Positions 58,498 through 64,000 of a DNA stretch of 64,000 nt are shown piece by piece. Each line of letters opens with the position of its first letter. Position 1 is the stretch's first letter. Source of the stretch: Eimeria praecox. Taxonomy: Eukaryota. The notes beneath the pieces are model-generated. The model saw only the letters and a program-made list of their open reading frames with translations. It was not told the origin of the DNA and did not search any database. The DNA lies in the NCBI GenBank assembly GCA_963920595.1, contig OY986946.1, positions 3,410,001 through 3,474,000 on the forward strand, in the 5' to 3' direction. The translations under genes were made by a program, and so were the position numbers.

Positions 58498-58861
58498 GCA
58501 GCAACAGCAGCAGCAGCAGCAGCAGGTACACTACAGCAGCAAGGAGGAGGAGGAGGATGTGGTTTGTATGGAAGAACATCTTCTCTAAACTTTATTCAAG
58601 TTGGGGCTACACCCAAACCTGCTGCTGCTGCTGCTGCTGCTCTGTCGTTTGCTGCAGCTCATAAGAGCAGCGGTGTTGTTTTCTTCGGCTCTTCAACATC
58701 TCAACAAATTTATATTTTAAATTTAAAACGAAAAATAGATAAATATAAACACAACTCCATCACAGACACCTTGGGCTTCTCCTTCTTTACCAGCAAAAAA
58801 GCAAGAAAAAGTAAAGAAACAGCCGCAGCAACAGCAGCTGCTGCTGCTGCAGCAGCAGCAG

Positions 58862-58893
<32 letters not shown>

Positions 58894-59104
58894 GCAGCAG
58901 CAGCAGCAACAGGAGAAGAAGACGCTGCAGCACTTCGGGCTGTGCTCCCCCCTAATGAGAGCTGCTACAGTTATCATGAGGGTTTAGGGTTTAGGGTTTG
59001 TGATGATAGAGAAGGTTTGATAGAGTGTGACCTTCATAGCATTAATGCGAGCTTTACCGATAAAATTAAGGGGGGACTGAGGGCCATCTGTGCCTCCTTA
59101 GGCC

Positions 59105-59161
<57 letters not shown>

Positions 59162-59670
59162 GGCTGCTGCAGCTAGAAGTTGATGAAGCAAGAGGGGTTA
59201 TATGGGCGTTAGGTGCAGATTCTTCTATTTCTGCTTTTGTTTTATCTCCACAAGATATAAATAAACAACAAATAGATTTATCTACACAAATACAAAATAT
59301 TAAAACATGTATATACACTACACTATTTATTTATTTAAATTTATTTATTTTGATGCTGTTTGTTTGTTTCGGTATTTGTTTATTTTAGATATTCCTTGTC
59401 TTTATATATTTGTATTTGTATTTATATTTGTATTTATATTTATATTTATATTTATATTTATATTTATATTTATATTTATATTTAAATTTATATTTATATT
59501 TATATTTATATTTTATATTTATATTTATATTTACATTTATATTTATATTTATATTTATATTCATACTTATATTTATATTTGTTTTTATCCTTGTTTATCT
59601 CTGTTTATCTTTGTGTTGTTAGTTTATTTAGTTTGCTGCTGTTGCTGCTGCTGCAGTTGCTGCTTCTGCT

Positions 59671-59702
<32 letters not shown>

Positions 59703-60103
59703 CAGGTGTCTGTACACCGCAGGGTGTTGTCTTTTTGCTGCTTCAGCGCTTTTGAAGATGGTGTTTGGTTGTTTGTCTTTGTTTGTTTTGTTTCCGTTTA
59801 TTTATTTATTTATTTATTTATTTAGTTTATTTATTTGTTCGTTTGTTTATTTATTTATTTATTATAATAATATATTATAATAATATAATATTATAATAAA
59901 TAATTATTTATTATTTATTGTTTATTTATTTACTTGTGGGGTCGTTTATATTAAGTTTTTATAATTTTTGCATCTCTTTTATTTCTTTTTTTTGTTTTTT
60001 CTGTTTTTTATTTTGTTTATTTCTTTTTTTGTTTTTTTATTTTGTTTGTTCTGCTAGCATTTCCTTGTCTCCCTCTCTCCTCTCTTCCCTCTCTCTCTTT
60101 CTG

Positions 60104-60154
<51 letters not shown>

Positions 60155-60593
60155 CTGTGTGTATACTGTATTTGTTTTTATTCGTCTCTGTCGTTTTTTT
60201 TATTATTTTTTTGTTTTTCTCATTTCTTCTCTGTTTTTTTCTTTTTTTCTTTTTTTAAATTTGAATTAAAAAAAACATAATTTTTATATTAATATCTAAG
60301 ATTATTTATGTATTGTTGTTACTGTTGTTGCTGCTGTTTGGGGTGTACGTACAGTGAAGCTAACAAGAAAAGAGATAGAAGGAGCAGTTAAATATTTTCA
60401 ATCAAAGTTTGTTTCTCGTGTATCTCCACAAAAACATTTCTTCTCTGTCTTACAACATCATCATCAAAATATATTTTCTATTTCTTCTTTATCTATTTTA
60501 AATATACATGAGGGTTTTGCTGTTTGTGCTGTTCTTACGGATAATCAAGGTCTGTAGACAAATACACTTGTATATACTTTACTTAACACTTAC

Positions 60594-60632
<39 letters not shown>

Positions 60633-60862
60633 ACACTTACTCTTCTGCTGCTGCTGCTGCTGCCACGCTTACTCTTCTGCTGCTGCTGCTGCTGCCTTTC
60701 TTTTCTTTCTGTCATCTTTATTTATCGTTTTCTTGTTTCTGATTCTCTCAGTGGACGTTTAGCTTCTTCTTTTGCTTTTGTTCCTCTCGCACTCTCTGCC
60801 TCTCCTTCTGTCTGTCTGTTTCTCTTTGTCTGTCTCTGTCTCTGTCTCTCTCTGCCTCTCTC

Positions 60863-60897
<35 letters not shown>

Positions 60898-61487
60898 GCT
60901 TATTTATTTATGTATTTGTATTTGTTATTGTTTGTGCTTTTGTTTATTGTTATATTTTCCTATTAAACTTTAAATTATATTTTTTGTTGTTTGTTTTTGT
61001 TTGTTTTGTGTTTTATCAAATGTTGTTCGATGATGTTTTTATTTTTCATATTTGTATTTGTTTCTTCTGTTTTATTCTCTTCTTTAACTCTGCTGCCGCT
61101 GCTGCTGCTGTTGCTGCTGCCGCTGCTGCTGCTCCTGCTGCTGCTGCTGCTGCTGTCTTTGTTTAATTATTTATTAAATATATAAATAATTAAACAAAGC
61201 CACGCGCATGCATATATTTATCTTTTTATTTAATTTCTTTTTCTATGGGGCTTCCTATTACTTGGTTTTGCGTCATTTGCTGCTGTTGTTTTATTTATTT
61301 TTTTCTTCTGTCTCTTCTTTCTTGTTTGTATTTATTTATAGGAGGACGAATCTATCTCTCTATTCAAGGCCTTCGCAGCAGCAGCAGCAGCAGCAACGGG
61401 CGTTGTGCTGCTGGTGCTGCTGCTGCAGGGATGTCGCCTCATCTCTCTCTCTTTGTTCAAGGCTACCGCGGGCCTATAGAGCAGCAA

Positions 61488-61519
<32 letters not shown>

Positions 61520-61994
61520 CAGGATCCGCTGTGCTGCTGTTGCTTCGGGTATCTTTGTGACTGCCTATTCCTCTCCTCATTCTAATTCTTCTCAAACAAA
61601 CACAGAAAACAGAGGGGGGGCCCTAGGGCCCCCAGCAGCAGCAGCAGCAGCAGCAGCAGACAGCAGCAGAACACATCCTCGCTGCAGCAGCTGCAGCGAC
61701 AGTTGCTTTGTGGGGTCTCCGTGTCTTCTAAAGACACAGCTTTCTGATGCTGAGGAAGGGCTAGGTGGTGGCATTGCTGCTGCAGATAGCAGCAGCAGCA
61801 GCAGCAGCAGCAGTGGGGTTCTCTGCTGCTGCTGCAAGATTAGGCCTGCAGCAGCATCGGATGCGCTCGGATCTGCTCTTGGTACAAACAGCAGCAGCAG
61901 CAGCAGCAGCAGCAACGGTGGCGATATCCTTGTAGTTGCAGCACCTGATTTAAGGGCGTTGGCGCTGCTGCAGCACGGGAGCAGCAGCAGCAGC

Positions 61995-62031
<37 letters not shown>

Positions 62032-62151
62032 CGGATCCAACCTCCCACGGGGGTTATATCTTTCCGCCTGCGAGGCTGCAAGCAGCAGTAGGGGGTGCTT
62101 CTGCGTCAGCGCATGCATATGCCAGCCCCAACATCAACATCAACATCAACA

Positions 62152-62208
<57 letters not shown>

Positions 62209-62540
62209 GGTACCCGTCTGTATGTGGCGAGTGGTATATGTGCATGCAACTAGAAGAAGATGTGGGGAGAGTGCTGCAGATGAGGGAGCCGTTTGCGTCT
62301 CCTTCTTTCGGTGTATTACAGCAAAGCAGCAGCATTCTACCTTCTCCCTTTGATATAAGAAAGAGGAGACAGTGGTTATCTCTACCTTATGGTCTAGACC
62401 CTTTTGCTGCTGCTGCTGCTGTTGCTGCAACAGCAGCAGCAGCAGCAGCAGCAAGAGGTTCTGCTGCTGCAGCAGCAGAAAGAGGCACATACAGCCAACA
62501 TAAGCCGTGGCTGGAAGGAGTTGGAGCCAACAACACCTAC

Positions 62541-62575
<35 letters not shown>

Positions 62576-63652
62576 CAATCGAAGGAAGCGGGGATCTTTG
62601 CTGAACTCGTTGCCGGCTGTACAGCCACCTGCTGCACAGAGCGATGCAGCAGCAGGAGCAATCTGTGGGGCCCCGAAAGTATTAATATTAACTACAAAAT
62701 ATATTTTACAGCTTAGGAGACAAACAATCAGTCAAATATACTTTGCAGGTTTAGCAAACTTACTTCGAGAAGGAATGCAGGGGGGGCCCCCAGGGGGGCC
62801 CCCTGGGGGCCCCACCCCAACCAACCCGTATGTGCGTATTAAGAGCCCTCACAGCTATGACGACTCCTTCCACCATCACCAGCACCATCACCAGCAGCAG
62901 CAGCACCAGCTGCAGCAGCAGCAGCTGCAGCAGCAGCAGCTGCAGCATCAGCTACAGCAGCAGCAGCAGCAGCAGCAGCAGGAACGTGATATGCTGCTGT
63001 GTGGGGCCCCCCATCGTAATATCCCCTGGCGGCTGGGGCAGCTTCTTGCAGAGCATATGTGTGAAGAGAGTCAATTTGGTGTAGATAGTATGTTTTCTGT
63101 ATTCTGGCAGATCTTAATAAATAATATATCTATTTTATCTTCTTTACAATATATACAAAACAATATAGGTATAGGGGGGCCTCAGGGGCCCCTTGATGGG
63201 TTTGCTGCAGCATCACGCCTCCTCAGCAAACAGATGGGGGCATTAAGAATTAATAGAAACACACAAATCTCCCCTCTTAGCACCTCACACATTTCACAAG
63301 GGGGCCCCCTTGGGGGGGGGGCCCCCGGGGCCTTCGAAACACCGTTTGGTTTAGGGTATATTGAATGCTCAGAACGACAGCAGCAGCAGCAGCAGCAACA
63401 GATTAGTGCTGCTGCTGCTGTGGGGAAGGGCGCAGCTGGATGCAGCAGTAGCGGTTTGGGGTTGACGTCAACAGCAGCAGCAGCAGCAGCAGCTGCTGCT
63501 GCTGCTGCTGCAGGCAGCCAACAAAGTCAAGATAAGCTTGCAGGTGTTGCTACAGCTTGGAGGATGTTAACAGCACTGGAGCTGCGGCGAGACACAGCCG
63601 CATATGTAGGGGCTGATGTTGTAAGCGAACAGCTGCTGCTGCCCTTCGTGTC

Positions 63653-63688
<36 letters not shown>

Positions 63689-63771
63689 GCAGCAGCATCT
63701 CCCACATCATGTCTGGGGCGGCTCCTCTCAGCAGCAGCTGCAGCAGCAGCAGCCCTTCGTTCAACATGCAG
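57286..63771 (+). CDS. NUP155: Nucleoporin Nup155/Nup170-like, N-terminal beta-propeller region; continues beyond the window
   Basis: Exons 57286-59308, 60355-60549, 61342-63771 (donor GTATGC). Motifs HGLIPELNRIWVSDNNNLYLW (cf. MGLFPEINRAWITIDNKLYLW), SIEAVVYV, LLQLEVDEARGVIWALGADSSISAF, AVLTDNQGGRIYLS. Confidence 0.78.
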
Positions 63772-63825
63772 GTATGCGCTGAGTATGTTTGTTTTTGTCT
63801 GTATTTATTTTTTGTCTGCCTTTAC

Positions 63826-63892
<67 letters not shown>

Positions 63893-64000
63893 TTACTTGT
63901 TTCTCCTAATACTGTTTGTTGCTGTTCTACTATTGGGTTTGTGGTAGTCAAGGCTGCTCTGCTGCAGACAGCATATGCAGCAGAAGGTTTGTCTGTATGT

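Overview
Eukaryotic genomic DNA from an Eimeria-like coccidian (Apicomplexa). The diagnostic signs are pervasive CAG/CTG tracts, interstitial AAACCCT/TTTAGGG telomere-like arrays, GGGCCC-rich Gly/Pro coding patches and very AT-rich microsatellite introns. Most of the supplied ORFs are repeat artefacts. I assembled the real spliced genes by hand, checking splice sites and exon phase: (1) a 5'-truncated MyTH4-FERM myosin (MyoG-like, +, 701-20947); (2) a Trm10 tRNA m1R9 methyltransferase (-, 21935 to about 27567/29502) overlapped by (3) a 771-aa Q/P/A-rich ORF in another frame; (4) an RSL1D1/Cic1-like ribosomal L1-domain protein; (5) an ACX4-like acyl-CoA oxidase/dehydrogenase; (6) a PPPDE/DeSI peptidase carrying SHP-like and VIM-like p97-binding motifs; (7) an Rpr2/Rpp21-type RNase P/MRP subunit buried in polyQ; (8) a TPR protein with a possible C-terminal protein-C10 domain; (9) a 3'-truncated Nup155/Nup170 nucleoporin. 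The most notable structural observations are a 61-bp tandem array made of copies of a real splice acceptor, a dispersed GGTGTAYRTACACC palindrome family that often supplies 3' splice sites, inverted telomeric arrays flanking a frame-shifting 65-nt exon, and a GC-AG intron. All family calls come from motif recognition; no database searches were run.
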